The notes below the pieces were generated by a model that did not search any database, had not been told where the DNA came from, and saw only the letters and a program-made list of their open reading frames with translations. The position numbers were made by a program, and so were the translations under genes. Shown here one piece after another: positions 28,394 through 38,620 of a DNA stretch of 57,888 nt. Every line of letters begins with the position of its first letter. The stretch's first letter is position 1. Location: contig CAZAKO010000002.1 of the NCBI GenBank assembly GCA_964485745.1, forward strand, positions 1 to 57,888. Reading direction: 5' to 3'. The DNA comes from an uncultured bacterium (GTDB taxonomy: Bacteria > Fidelibacterota > UBA2242).

Positions 28394-29983
28394 CTATTGT
28401 TTTGATATTGTCATTAAAAACACATCGTTCTCACGAATTTCCAATTCTTTTATAAAAGGCGTTCCTTTCTTGACTTTTATTTTTTCACTGGAAATGGCAG
28501 AACCATCATTGAGTTCCTTAATTTTTTGAACCTGTTCTTTGGTGAGTTGAGCGGGTCGGCCCATGTCGTAATACGTTGTATAGGGATCGTTCACGCGATA
28601 ACCGACTTTGTAGATGCTCAGGGTATACGCACCGGCAGGAATTCCTGAAATCTTTATTTGTACGTTCCCTTTTGATTTGGCCGGCAAGTCGCGGATGTAA
28701 TAATCCTGATTATTGATCGAATCGGGAAGGGTGTAGGTAAAATCCCAGAGGAGAACCTGGATGTTTCCTTTTTCATCCTTGCATGCCCAGGAACAGGAAT
28801 CAGAATTTATCAACTCCGTGTTCCCCAGTTGATTCAAGAATTTGTAGGCATAGAAAGCAGGTTTGTTGATTCCCTGGTAATTGATCAAACCAAAGCCGCC
28901 ATGAAACGGGGTGAAGCGGGGACCCGGTTCTTCAAAAATATCCGTGAATACCCAGTAGGACATTGACGTGGCTGCATCGCCAACCTTTTTAATTTTATCA
29001 AGTATGTAGGCGGCTTCATGATAACTGTCATGCAGCGGATCGGCAGGCGTGTAGGACGAGCTCCATTCGGTGTAATGCAGTTCCAAACCAGGCATTGAAG
29101 AACCTTCAATTTCTTTTCTTGAGTTGAGGACATCGCTACTCAAGCTCATTGGATTGCTATCAAGAATAGTTCCGGATTGTCCGTATTCATCGAGAAAACC
29201 TTGTTTGACACCATAGGCATGCGTTGTGATAAAATCCAGCGGAAGATTATTCTTTTTGCAGAAGTCGATCAATTCAACTTCCCATGCCGCACCCGCCGTG
29301 GCCGGTCCGCCGACCCGGTATTCTTTATTAACGCTTTTTATGGCTTTGACGGAATGCTGATACAATTTGAAATAGTCTTCCATCGTTCCTGTCCAGAACC
29401 ACGGTTTAAGGTTGGGTTCGTTCCAGACTTCAAAATACCAGGTTTTGACTTCGTCTGCGCCATAACGTTCGGTAAAATGAAGCGTCAGATTGCAGATCAG
29501 GTCTTCCCACTTTTTGTAATCTTTCGGCGGCGTGACGTTGCCTTTCCACCAGAAAATTGTTTCTTTGCCGCTGGCCAATGCTTCCGGCATAAAACCCAAT
29601 TCGACAAACGGTTTCATCCCGATGCTCAAAATAAAATCGTATAGCACATCGATGTACTGAAAATTGTATTCCGGATTTCCGTTTCTGTCTTCGCGATAAA
29701 CGCCCATATCATCGGTGAGCAGCCCGTGCATGCGGATATATTTGAACCCGCATTCTTGATGGACGTACGCCAATTGCTGCTGCCAGTCTGCCCGCAAGCC
29801 CTCATTGGCCCGGCCCGCTCCGACACACTCTTTAAACATCATGTTCATAGAGCCTTTGACTTGATTGAAGTCAAGAGTGATTACCCGGCCGGGTGATTCT
29901 GATTGCGCAAAAACACTATTAATGCAAAAACTGACCATAATAATGAGAGTAATCATATTCGCTATGAAATGGTTTTTTCTCAT
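28394..29983 (-). CDS. GH39 beta-xylosidase-type glycosidase
   Basis: 'KECVGAGRANEGLRADWQQQL', 'FKYIRMHGLLTDD', 'WYFEVWNEPNL' (acid/base Glu) and 'LHYTEWSSSY' (nucleophile Glu). Confidence 0.85.
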   Translation of the reverse strand: MRKNHFIANMITLIIMVSFCINSVFAQSESPGRVITLDFNQVKGSMNMMFKECVGAGRANEGLRADWQQQLAYVHQECGFKYIRMHGLLTDDMGVYREDRNGNPEYNFQYIDVLYDFILSIGMKPFVELGFMPEALASGKETIFWWKGNVTPPKDYKKWEDLICNLTLHFTERYGADEVKTWYFEVWNEPNLKPWFWTGTMEDYFKLYQHSVKAIKSVNKEYRVGGPATAGAAWEVELIDFCKKNNLPLDFITTHAYGVKQGFLDEYGQSGTILDSNPMSLSSDVLNSRKEIEGSSMPGLELHYTEWSSSYTPADPLHDSYHEAAYILDKIKKVGDAATSMSYWVFTDIFEEPGPRFTPFHGGFGLINYQGINKPAFYAYKFLNQLGNTELINSDSCSWACKDEKGNIQVLLWDFTYTLPDSINNQDYYIRDLPAKSKGNVQIKISGIPAGAYTLSIYKVGYRVNDPYTTYYDMGRPAQLTKEQVQKIKELNDGSAISSEKIKVKKGTPFIKELEIRENDVFLMTISKQ

Positions 29984-30032
29984 CTGAGGATCCTTTCAAT
30001 AGTGAGCAATATTTTATTCATATCAGATTGTC

Positions 30033-32069
30033 CTATTTGATCTCAACAAACTCTGGTTCAAAAGGTGCAATCGTAAATCCGCCTGGATTGTCTTTATCAA
30101 ACAACAGGCTTCTTGATTTGCCTTTCAGTTCAATTTTTTTCGGTTCATCGCTTACATTCAGATACAAGAAATGGGTTTTATCTATTTGTCTGGCCATGAC
30201 ACCCGACGGAACATCAGGCCCTTTTTTGATGCCCAGTTCATCGATCAGATCGTCAAGCAAGTTGCCGAGTATCTCACCTTTTGCGGGTAATCCAACATAA
30301 ATTGCCTTGCCTTTGCCAAATTTATTCGAGGTCATGATCGGGTAATCTTGATCCAGGCTGGTAATTGTGCCGATCACTTGGGCGTCTTTGGGGTTGATAA
30401 TATCAAACCGTGCCGCTTCTGTATTGATGACTTTCCCTTTGTAAGTAAACTCAAGTTTTTTGCCTTGATAAGACTTTCGAGAAATTTCATTCATGGCTTC
30501 GGTTTCTTCGTAGCTGCCTAACCGGATGCCAAAAACATCGCTTAACATGCCGGGGCGGGTTGTTCGAAACACTTGTCCGGTTTCGTCAACAATCGCCGAA
30601 TTGCTGGTCATAATAACGGTTCCACCTTTTTTTACATAGTCGCGGATTTTAGTGGCGGTCGCTTCATCCATGACAGCCACACCGGGAACAAACAATAATT
30701 TATAGTCTAATGAACTGCGGCTAATTTCCACGATCCGTGAATCCATGTTGCGCCAGTAAAACATATCCCAACAGGCTTGCACCTGGTTTTCATGTTGTTC
30801 GGGGAAGTATTTGCTTGCAATTTGGCTTGGAAATGAAAAAGCAAGCCCAACTGCGGCTTTCAATTTATACGGAAAGTACTTTTCAATTTTCCTGAATTCC
30901 GAAGCTATTTGTTTATATTCGTCGTATTTGCGGTTGGGAACGCCATCCCAATCGAGCATTCCTTCCAGGTATTGTTCTTCGCCAGCCCACATACTTTGCC
31001 AGGTCCAGCCGCAAACCATTTGATTGCCATACATTAGTGAAGCGTATGCCGATTTGCGGATCGAATTGGGAACGGCAGTCATGGTGGTAAATTCGTTACA
31101 CCAGAAAGGATTTGTGCTTTCGAATTGAATGCGTGAGATTCCAAACGCGGCGTTCATTACTCCCCAATTAGTTGTTAGCGAAGTTCCCGGATAAAAACCG
31201 CAGCCTTCCCGGGTCATTTTACCGGAATATGCAATTGGAGAATAATCAAAATATTTCATCCAACTATAATACCAGGCATTGGTATTGGTCAAAGCATTGG
31301 GAGCATTGTCGTTCACTATGTCAAGCACTTTAAAAAGAAACTGATTGATTTCATCGGAAACAAACCGCCTGAAATCAAGCATCCGCTCGGGCACATCGGT
31401 CGTATGGGTGGCGACCGGGAAGCCGATTTCGTCCCATTGATTAATCCTTCTCGACCAGCGCTGCGTCGCCCAGGCTTGATTCAAATTATCCAGGTTGGAA
31501 TATTTATTCTTTAACCAGGCAATAAATCTTTGCCTCGCTGTCTCAGAATAAGAAATCCGACCGTCGCCCGATTCGTTATCTATCCCAAAAGCCAGCAATG
31601 CCGGATGATTGGTATAATGTTTTGTCAGCACATCGGTGAAGCGCAGGGCGTAATTCTGGTACATCGGATCGCCGATATCTTCCATATACCGATGGTTCGG
31701 GTAGAGCACATCGCCTTTTTCATCGGTAATACGAATTGAAGGATATTTAGAGTGAAGCCAGATAGGCGCCGGTCGAATAGCGATGTCTAAAATGACTTTA
31801 ATGCCGGCTTCGTTCATCATGTCCATGACCTTATCGAACCAGGCAAAGTCGAATTGCCCTTCCGAGGGTTCGTAGCTGTCCCAAGCCAAATGGCCCATAC
31901 GAACCACTTTAAACCCGGCTTCTTTCATAAGTTGAATATCTCGCTGGATTTTCTCAGGATTTTTATCGTCGTGAGGATGATAGTTGGCGCCGACGTACAA
32001 TTCCTGCGCCATCAACAAAAACCTAAAGAAGCACAAAATTATTATTAAAAAAATCTTATATTTTCTCAT
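30033..32069 (-). CDS. GH42 beta-galactosidase (or alpha-L-arabinopyranosidase)
   Basis: 'GANYHPHDD...IQLMKEAGFKVVRMGHLAWDSYEPSEGQFDFAWFDKVMDMMNEAGIKVILD' is the GH42 N-terminal signature. The track start 32087 is TTG. ATG 32069 gives the signal peptide MRKYKIFLIIILCFF. Confidence 0.85.
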   Translation of the reverse strand: MRKYKIFLIIILCFFRFLLMAQELYVGANYHPHDDKNPEKIQRDIQLMKEAGFKVVRMGHLAWDSYEPSEGQFDFAWFDKVMDMMNEAGIKVILDIAIRPAPIWLHSKYPSIRITDEKGDVLYPNHRYMEDIGDPMYQNYALRFTDVLTKHYTNHPALLAFGIDNESGDGRISYSETARQRFIAWLKNKYSNLDNLNQAWATQRWSRRINQWDEIGFPVATHTTDVPERMLDFRRFVSDEINQFLFKVLDIVNDNAPNALTNTNAWYYSWMKYFDYSPIAYSGKMTREGCGFYPGTSLTTNWGVMNAAFGISRIQFESTNPFWCNEFTTMTAVPNSIRKSAYASLMYGNQMVCGWTWQSMWAGEEQYLEGMLDWDGVPNRKYDEYKQIASEFRKIEKYFPYKLKAAVGLAFSFPSQIASKYFPEQHENQVQACWDMFYWRNMDSRIVEISRSSLDYKLLFVPGVAVMDEATATKIRDYVKKGGTVIMTSNSAIVDETGQVFRTTRPGMLSDVFGIRLGSYEETEAMNEISRKSYQGKKLEFTYKGKVINTEAARFDIINPKDAQVIGTITSLDQDYPIMTSNKFGKGKAIYVGLPAKGEILGNLLDDLIDELGIKKGPDVPSGVMARQIDKTHFLYLNVSDEPKKIELKGKSRSLLFDKDNPGGFTIAPFEPEFVEIK

Positions 32070-32093
32070 ATTTATTGAGTGCTCCAAAATAAT

Positions 32094-34703
32094 TTATTGA
32101 ATTGTAAGCTTTGCTCTCTTTAAGTCTTTTTCGGCCGAGCTGTTTCCATATAAAATTTCATATTCTCCGGCGGCTACAGCCATCTTCCTATTTACCCGAT
32201 CATAAAACTCGAATGAAGCGGGAGGCAGGCTGATCACAGCCTGACCGGTTTTCCCGGCAGCCACTTCGACTCGCTGAAAACCCTTGAGAGTTTTGAGAGG
32301 ACCATCGGGATCGTTCATCTTGCGTACATAAACCTGGACGATTTCCGTGCCGTCGCGTTTTCCGATATTTGAAACGGGTATAGTCAGATTAATGCTTTCA
32401 TCTTTATTAATTGTGCTTTTACCGATCTTGGCATCTCCGATTGAAAAAGTTGTATAACTTAATCCATAACCAAACGGAAACAGAGGATCGGACATGAAGC
32501 GGTAAGTCCGATTTTTCATTGAATAATCTTCGAAATCGGGTAATTGCTGGGAGTCCTTATAAAAAGTAATTGGCAGTTTCCCCGAAGGATTATAATCGCC
32601 GAATAAAACATCGGCAACTGCCTGACCGCCCGATTCGCCGCCATACCAGGCTTGGAGAATGGCATCACAACTTTCTGTTTCGAGAGTCAGGGCAATTGCC
32701 GAGCCGGAACAGTTTACGAAAACAACCTTCTTCCCGGCTTGTTTCAACGTTTTCAAGCAATTACGTTGGACCGAAGGAAGTTCAATATCGGTACGGTCGC
32801 CGTTTTTGAAACCCGGGTAGGATACCGGCATTTCCTCGCCTTCCAGCAGCGTCGAAAGACCGCCGACAAAGATGACCACATCGATGTTCTCAAGTTTCGC
32901 TAATAGGTTGGTATAATCGACATCGACTTCTTTGCCAAAATTAAACTCGAGATTTGCCTGCCAATTGTAACGTTGCGCATAGCAGATTTCAATTTTATAT
33001 TTTTTACCGGCTTCCACCCTGATCGGATGTCGTGACGGAAGGGTTCTCCAATTATCATACTTTATCATCGATATTCCGTTTACCAGCAATTCAAAGTGTC
33101 CCGTAGCGCCACATTTGAATACGAGTTCTTCGCTTTGCGATGGCACGAACTCGGTTTCATATTTGGCAGAAAATCCTTCGAGTTTAACTCCAGGAGCAAA
33201 TTCATGCTGCCCTGCCGTCGTCAATTTAACTGGATTTGTAATGTATTGAGTGATTACCACTTCTCCCGTATAATCTGGTGTATTCCAATAGGTGGCTTTG
33301 AAACCCTTTTTCGCCTTAAAAAGACACTGTTCAATGTAACTTTGCGTCACTTTATCTTCTACCAAGTCGCATCCTTTGTCGTAGATTATTTGATCGGTCG
33401 AAAGTTTGGACTTGATGCCTTCAAGAATCGTAATCGTTCGTATAGGTTTTCCGTTGTAACTTCCCCATAGCATTGCTTCGTCATCTGCATTTGGACCAAT
33501 AACAGCTAACTTTTTGATAGATGATTTTTTAAAAGGCAAAATGTTATTTTTATTTTGAAGTAAGATGATGGACTGATGAGCCATTTCAAGGGCGAGTTTA
33601 CGATTTGTTTCATTATTTACAATTGACACAGGAATTTTTGACCATTGAACAATGTTATCATTATCCATTTCACCTAAATCGAAACGGTTTATGAGAACAC
33701 GCACCAAGCGGCTATTCAACTGTTCTTCTGTGAGTAACCCTTTTTCAATAGCTTCGGGTAATTTTTTATAAGCGTGGTTATCCCATTGACATTCGAGGTC
33801 GGTTCCCGCCAGGACACCTTTGGTGGCTGCATGGACAGCGTCAGAAGAAACTTTATGGCTGGTAAAAAAATCGGTAATGGCACCACAATCGGCAACAACA
33901 AGATTTTTATAGCCCCATCCATCACGTAGGATTTGTTGCAACAAGCGTGAATTACCACAACAAGGCTCATCGTCAAGGCGGTGGTATGCGCACATCACTT
34001 GCCGAACATCGGCTTCCTGCACCAACGCTTTGAATGCAGGCAGATACGTTTCCCACAAATCCCGTGGATCGACATTATTAAGGTTGATTTCATGCCGGCT
34101 CCACTCCGGTCCAGAATGCACCGCATAATGCTTGGCACAGGCCAGCAACTTCCGGTATCTTGCATCCGCCGGACCTTGAAGACCTTTTACTACTGAAACG
34201 CCCATCCGTGACATCAGGTAAGGATCTTCGCCATAGGTTTCCTGTCCTCGTCCCCAACGGGGATCGCGGAAGATATTAACGTTGGGTGTCCATACAGAAA
34301 GACTTAAAAATCTTCTGTTTTCTCCACCTCTGCGCAACATTTCATGATATTTGGCACGCGTTTCATCCGAAACAGCATTGAATATTTTGAAAACAAGTTC
34401 ATCATTAAAGGAAGCTGCCATTCCTATTGGCTGAGGAAACACCGTGACACTATTATTGTTTGCCAGGCCATGCAGCGCTTCACTCCACCAATTAAATTTT
34501 TTGATACCCAATCGTGGAATAGCCTCTGACACATCACACATCAAGGACGCTTTCTCTTCCAGCGTTAGCCGGGAAATCAAGTCTTTCGCTCTTTCTTCGG
34601 AACTCAGATTCGGATTTTGATAGGGCAATTGCTGCGCCCATAAATTCGATACAAATAGAAAAATCAGGATAACAAAGAGTTTATCTTTATTTAATAATCT
34701 CAC
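32094..34703 (-). CDS. GH3 exo-glycosidase (beta-glucosidase/beta-xylosidase) with PA14 insert; paralog of 47918-50527
   Basis: 'LTLEEKASLMCDVSEAIPRLGIKKFNWWSEALHGL' and 'LVVADCGAI', with a PA14-like insert ('ATYWNTPDYTGEVV'). There is no in-frame ATG near the N-terminus. GTG at 34703 (AAGGAAG upstream) gives M-RLLNKDKLFVILIFLF, matching the paralog's MRLLPDILKKKFIIIAIFLF. The track start 34736 is TTG. Confidence 0.85.
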   Translation of the reverse strand: MRLLNKDKLFVILIFLFVSNLWAQQLPYQNPNLSSEERAKDLISRLTLEEKASLMCDVSEAIPRLGIKKFNWWSEALHGLANNNSVTVFPQPIGMAASFNDELVFKIFNAVSDETRAKYHEMLRRGGENRRFLSLSVWTPNVNIFRDPRWGRGQETYGEDPYLMSRMGVSVVKGLQGPADARYRKLLACAKHYAVHSGPEWSRHEINLNNVDPRDLWETYLPAFKALVQEADVRQVMCAYHRLDDEPCCGNSRLLQQILRDGWGYKNLVVADCGAITDFFTSHKVSSDAVHAATKGVLAGTDLECQWDNHAYKKLPEAIEKGLLTEEQLNSRLVRVLINRFDLGEMDNDNIVQWSKIPVSIVNNETNRKLALEMAHQSIILLQNKNNILPFKKSSIKKLAVIGPNADDEAMLWGSYNGKPIRTITILEGIKSKLSTDQIIYDKGCDLVEDKVTQSYIEQCLFKAKKGFKATYWNTPDYTGEVVITQYITNPVKLTTAGQHEFAPGVKLEGFSAKYETEFVPSQSEELVFKCGATGHFELLVNGISMIKYDNWRTLPSRHPIRVEAGKKYKIEICYAQRYNWQANLEFNFGKEVDVDYTNLLAKLENIDVVIFVGGLSTLLEGEEMPVSYPGFKNGDRTDIELPSVQRNCLKTLKQAGKKVVFVNCSGSAIALTLETESCDAILQAWYGGESGGQAVADVLFGDYNPSGKLPITFYKDSQQLPDFEDYSMKNRTYRFMSDPLFPFGYGLSYTTFSIGDAKIGKSTINKDESINLTIPVSNIGKRDGTEIVQVYVRKMNDPDGPLKTLKGFQRVEVAAGKTGQAVISLPPASFEFYDRVNRKMAVAAGEYEILYGNSSAEKDLKRAKLTIQ

Positions 34704-34784
34704 TTTTCGCTTCCTTGCTGAATGGTAAAAATTCAATAGTTTTTCTCCTTTAGGTCATAGAATCTCTATCACGATTATGGAGCC

Positions 34785-37352
34785 TCAGTCTACGGTCTTG
34801 AACCGAAGGACTGCAATGGAATGCCCTGGAAAGGTGTGCGTCCAATTCGCGCTGGCGTCAGTGACGATAAAACGCCTGGGCGTGACGTTGAACGGATTCT
34901 CCACGGTGTTGATATCACCAAGCTTGCCCACCATGACCTCGCCGGTCGCCACGGAATGGATATTTGCGCCGACCAATTCAACGGTCAGGGTCTGATCCAC
35001 GTCGAAAACATTGACCACCTTCAAGATGACGTCGCCGGAGGCGTCTTCTTTACTAGCGCAGGCGAAGAGTGGCTCATTGGGATTGGGTGGAGCGTCACCA
35101 CGTCTAAAAGGACCTGCGGAGACCTGTGTAGGTTCCTGTGCGGATTCGACAGTCGGTATTGTCTGAGGAACGATCTGGTCAACAGGAATAACCCAGTCGC
35201 CCTTGGCATTGAAGAACATCTTTTGGACATAGTAAGACGGCGATCCAAAGCTGGTCAGGGTGTTGTAACCGATCAGGTCCGTATTCCATTGACTGCCGCC
35301 CGGATTCACGCGGGTAAATAGCGGAGCATAGCAGTTCATGACGACGATGTTGGCATTCCGCTCCAGACCGGTCAAAAACGCGGCATCGGACAAAGCGCAC
35401 TGGAAGGAAGGAGTCAGCCCCCGGGCGATACCAGGTTCCTGGGAAGCCCATTCGCCTTCGAAAATCTTCGGACCATTCCGATCAGCATTGTCATACAAAT
35501 GAGCATTACGGATAGCAGTGCTGGGTGACATGTAATGATGATTGTCAATCACATCGTGCGTTACACCCGGATCAGTTGTGGCAATAACCTGAATATGGGG
35601 ATATTTGGCTTTGATGGCGTTATAGAACATGGCAAAACGGCCATCAGGCCCACGATAAGAAACCGCACCATTGTTGAGGAAGTCCTCATTACCAATCTCG
35701 ACATAGGTGAGCTTGAAGGGCGCCGGATGGCCATCCTGGGCACGGCGGGCACCCCACTTTGTAGTCACCTCGCCGGTGATGTACTCGATTTCGTCGAGTG
35801 CATCCTGCACAAACGGCTTCAGTGCTTCACCAGTTATTACATCACGGCCACCGTTGAGGTGCAGGCCGGCATAAACACCGACTACCGGTTCCATGCTCAA
35901 TTCTTCGCACCATTCGAGGAATTCCAACAGACCCATGCCATCCGAAGAGCGATAGCCCCAGGGACTCATGTGGCCGGGGCGTTCTTCCCAAGGTCCGATC
36001 ATAGCCTTCCAATTGAAACGATTCTCAAAATTGAACCCCTCGACAAAATTGCCACCGGGAAAACGCAGGAACGACGGGTGCATATTGTCCAGAAGCTGCA
36101 TGATATCCGGCCGGAAACCGGTGACGGGACGTCCGCCTAAAGCAGCACCTGTGCGTTCCATGAATACAGGGGGAAACAACGAGACGAGATTGAAGTTGAC
36201 CGTGCCCTTCGAATTAGCAGCAATCACGAAACGAGCATCTGCCGTGGGCGCAACCTGTCCTGTTATCAACGTAACCTTATAATGTTTCCATCTGCCAGTA
36301 ATGGCCGTGATAGTTGCAGAGGCGTAAACGGTTGCGTTGTCATTAGACTCGATGGAGACCGTCAATGGCCCGGAGAATCTTTCCGAGGCTTTGGCATAGA
36401 AAGAACACCGATAGGTGCAATTGGGTTTGACAGGAATACCCCAATACCCATTATTCGCAATGGCGACGCGGCCGCCCGCGGGCACCTTGGAAATCGTAAG
36501 CTTCAGACTGGTCGTCAAGGCGGTGATATTAATGGGGTCACTTGTGTCGGTGACGGCGGTACCCTTGGCACCAGTCGAGGTCACGAGGAACCAGTGGGGC
36601 GCATCCGAAATCCAGTCTCCCGGAGGTTCGACGAGTGGACCGTGATCGACCGTGCTGCCGCCCTCAAATCCTCTTTCCGCCTGCCAGACCTGTCCAGCCG
36701 AATCCGTAAAAGGTTCGGACTGACCGGCTCGAATCCGAACAGTCGACTCGGAGGTCCCCTTCTGTGGAATGATCTCAATCGCCTTAATGGCCGGGTTCTC
36801 AATCTGGGGTGTGAATGTTATGCGAAACTCACCAGCGGTTACTTCCACGAGCACTGTTTCGATGTAGGCGCGGTTGAAACCGCCGGCTTTGACCCAGATA
36901 TCAAAGTCTTTGAATTCATGTCCCATGACATTGAAAGAAAAGACGCGCTCACCGGGACCGGCGATGCCCGTGTATGTCTCGGCAAAGTAGAGTTTTGCGA
37001 GATACTTGCCATTGGGAATTTTGCAGGAGAAAGCGCGCATCGAATAATGCTCGCTCCTGAACAGTCCCGGTTCCTTTGTTCCAGCGGCAGCGGGGAGCAT
37101 ACCGCCGCCCGGAGGATCCCTGAAAATGCGGTTCTGGATCAGTTCGCTATAGAGTCCGCCTTCGTAAGAATAGTTGATTTCCTCGGTCATCAGGCCGTAG
37201 AACAGGGGGTCGATTTTAGCTCCGGGCTTGTCCGCCTGGACAACAATTTTGCCAGGATCAGCGGCAAAAGCGGATACGGTAAACATCACAGCACACATTA
37301 GGACAGTCAATTGTGACAAACATCTTTTGACTACGTAAATGAGAGGTTTCAT
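34785..37352 (-). CDS. GH51-type alpha-L-arabinofuranosidase (long form) with inserted malectin-like domain
   Basis: 'KIDPLFYGLMTEEINYSYEGGLYSELIQNRIF', 'LRFPGGNFVEGF', 'YVEIGNEDF' (acid/base Glu) and a C-terminal AbfA-C-like beta-sandwich. ATG 37352 (AGGAG upstream, signal peptide MKPLIYVVKRCLSQLTVLMCAVMFTVSAFA) removes the overlap created by the track start 37427. Confidence 0.8.
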   Translation of the reverse strand: MKPLIYVVKRCLSQLTVLMCAVMFTVSAFAADPGKIVVQADKPGAKIDPLFYGLMTEEINYSYEGGLYSELIQNRIFRDPPGGGMLPAAAGTKEPGLFRSEHYSMRAFSCKIPNGKYLAKLYFAETYTGIAGPGERVFSFNVMGHEFKDFDIWVKAGGFNRAYIETVLVEVTAGEFRITFTPQIENPAIKAIEIIPQKGTSESTVRIRAGQSEPFTDSAGQVWQAERGFEGGSTVDHGPLVEPPGDWISDAPHWFLVTSTGAKGTAVTDTSDPINITALTTSLKLTISKVPAGGRVAIANNGYWGIPVKPNCTYRCSFYAKASERFSGPLTVSIESNDNATVYASATITAITGRWKHYKVTLITGQVAPTADARFVIAANSKGTVNFNLVSLFPPVFMERTGAALGGRPVTGFRPDIMQLLDNMHPSFLRFPGGNFVEGFNFENRFNWKAMIGPWEERPGHMSPWGYRSSDGMGLLEFLEWCEELSMEPVVGVYAGLHLNGGRDVITGEALKPFVQDALDEIEYITGEVTTKWGARRAQDGHPAPFKLTYVEIGNEDFLNNGAVSYRGPDGRFAMFYNAIKAKYPHIQVIATTDPGVTHDVIDNHHYMSPSTAIRNAHLYDNADRNGPKIFEGEWASQEPGIARGLTPSFQCALSDAAFLTGLERNANIVVMNCYAPLFTRVNPGGSQWNTDLIGYNTLTSFGSPSYYVQKMFFNAKGDWVIPVDQIVPQTIPTVESAQEPTQVSAGPFRRGDAPPNPNEPLFACASKEDASGDVILKVVNVFDVDQTLTVELVGANIHSVATGEVMVGKLGDINTVENPFNVTPRRFIVTDASANWTHTFPGHSIAVLRFKTVD

Positions 37353-37365
37353 AAGCGATACTCCT

Positions 37366-38556
<1,191 letters not shown>

Positions 38557-38620
38557 TTAATTAATATTCGAAATACAATTATCATTTCAGATTTTTCCTA
38601 CGGATTACTGATTTTGACTA

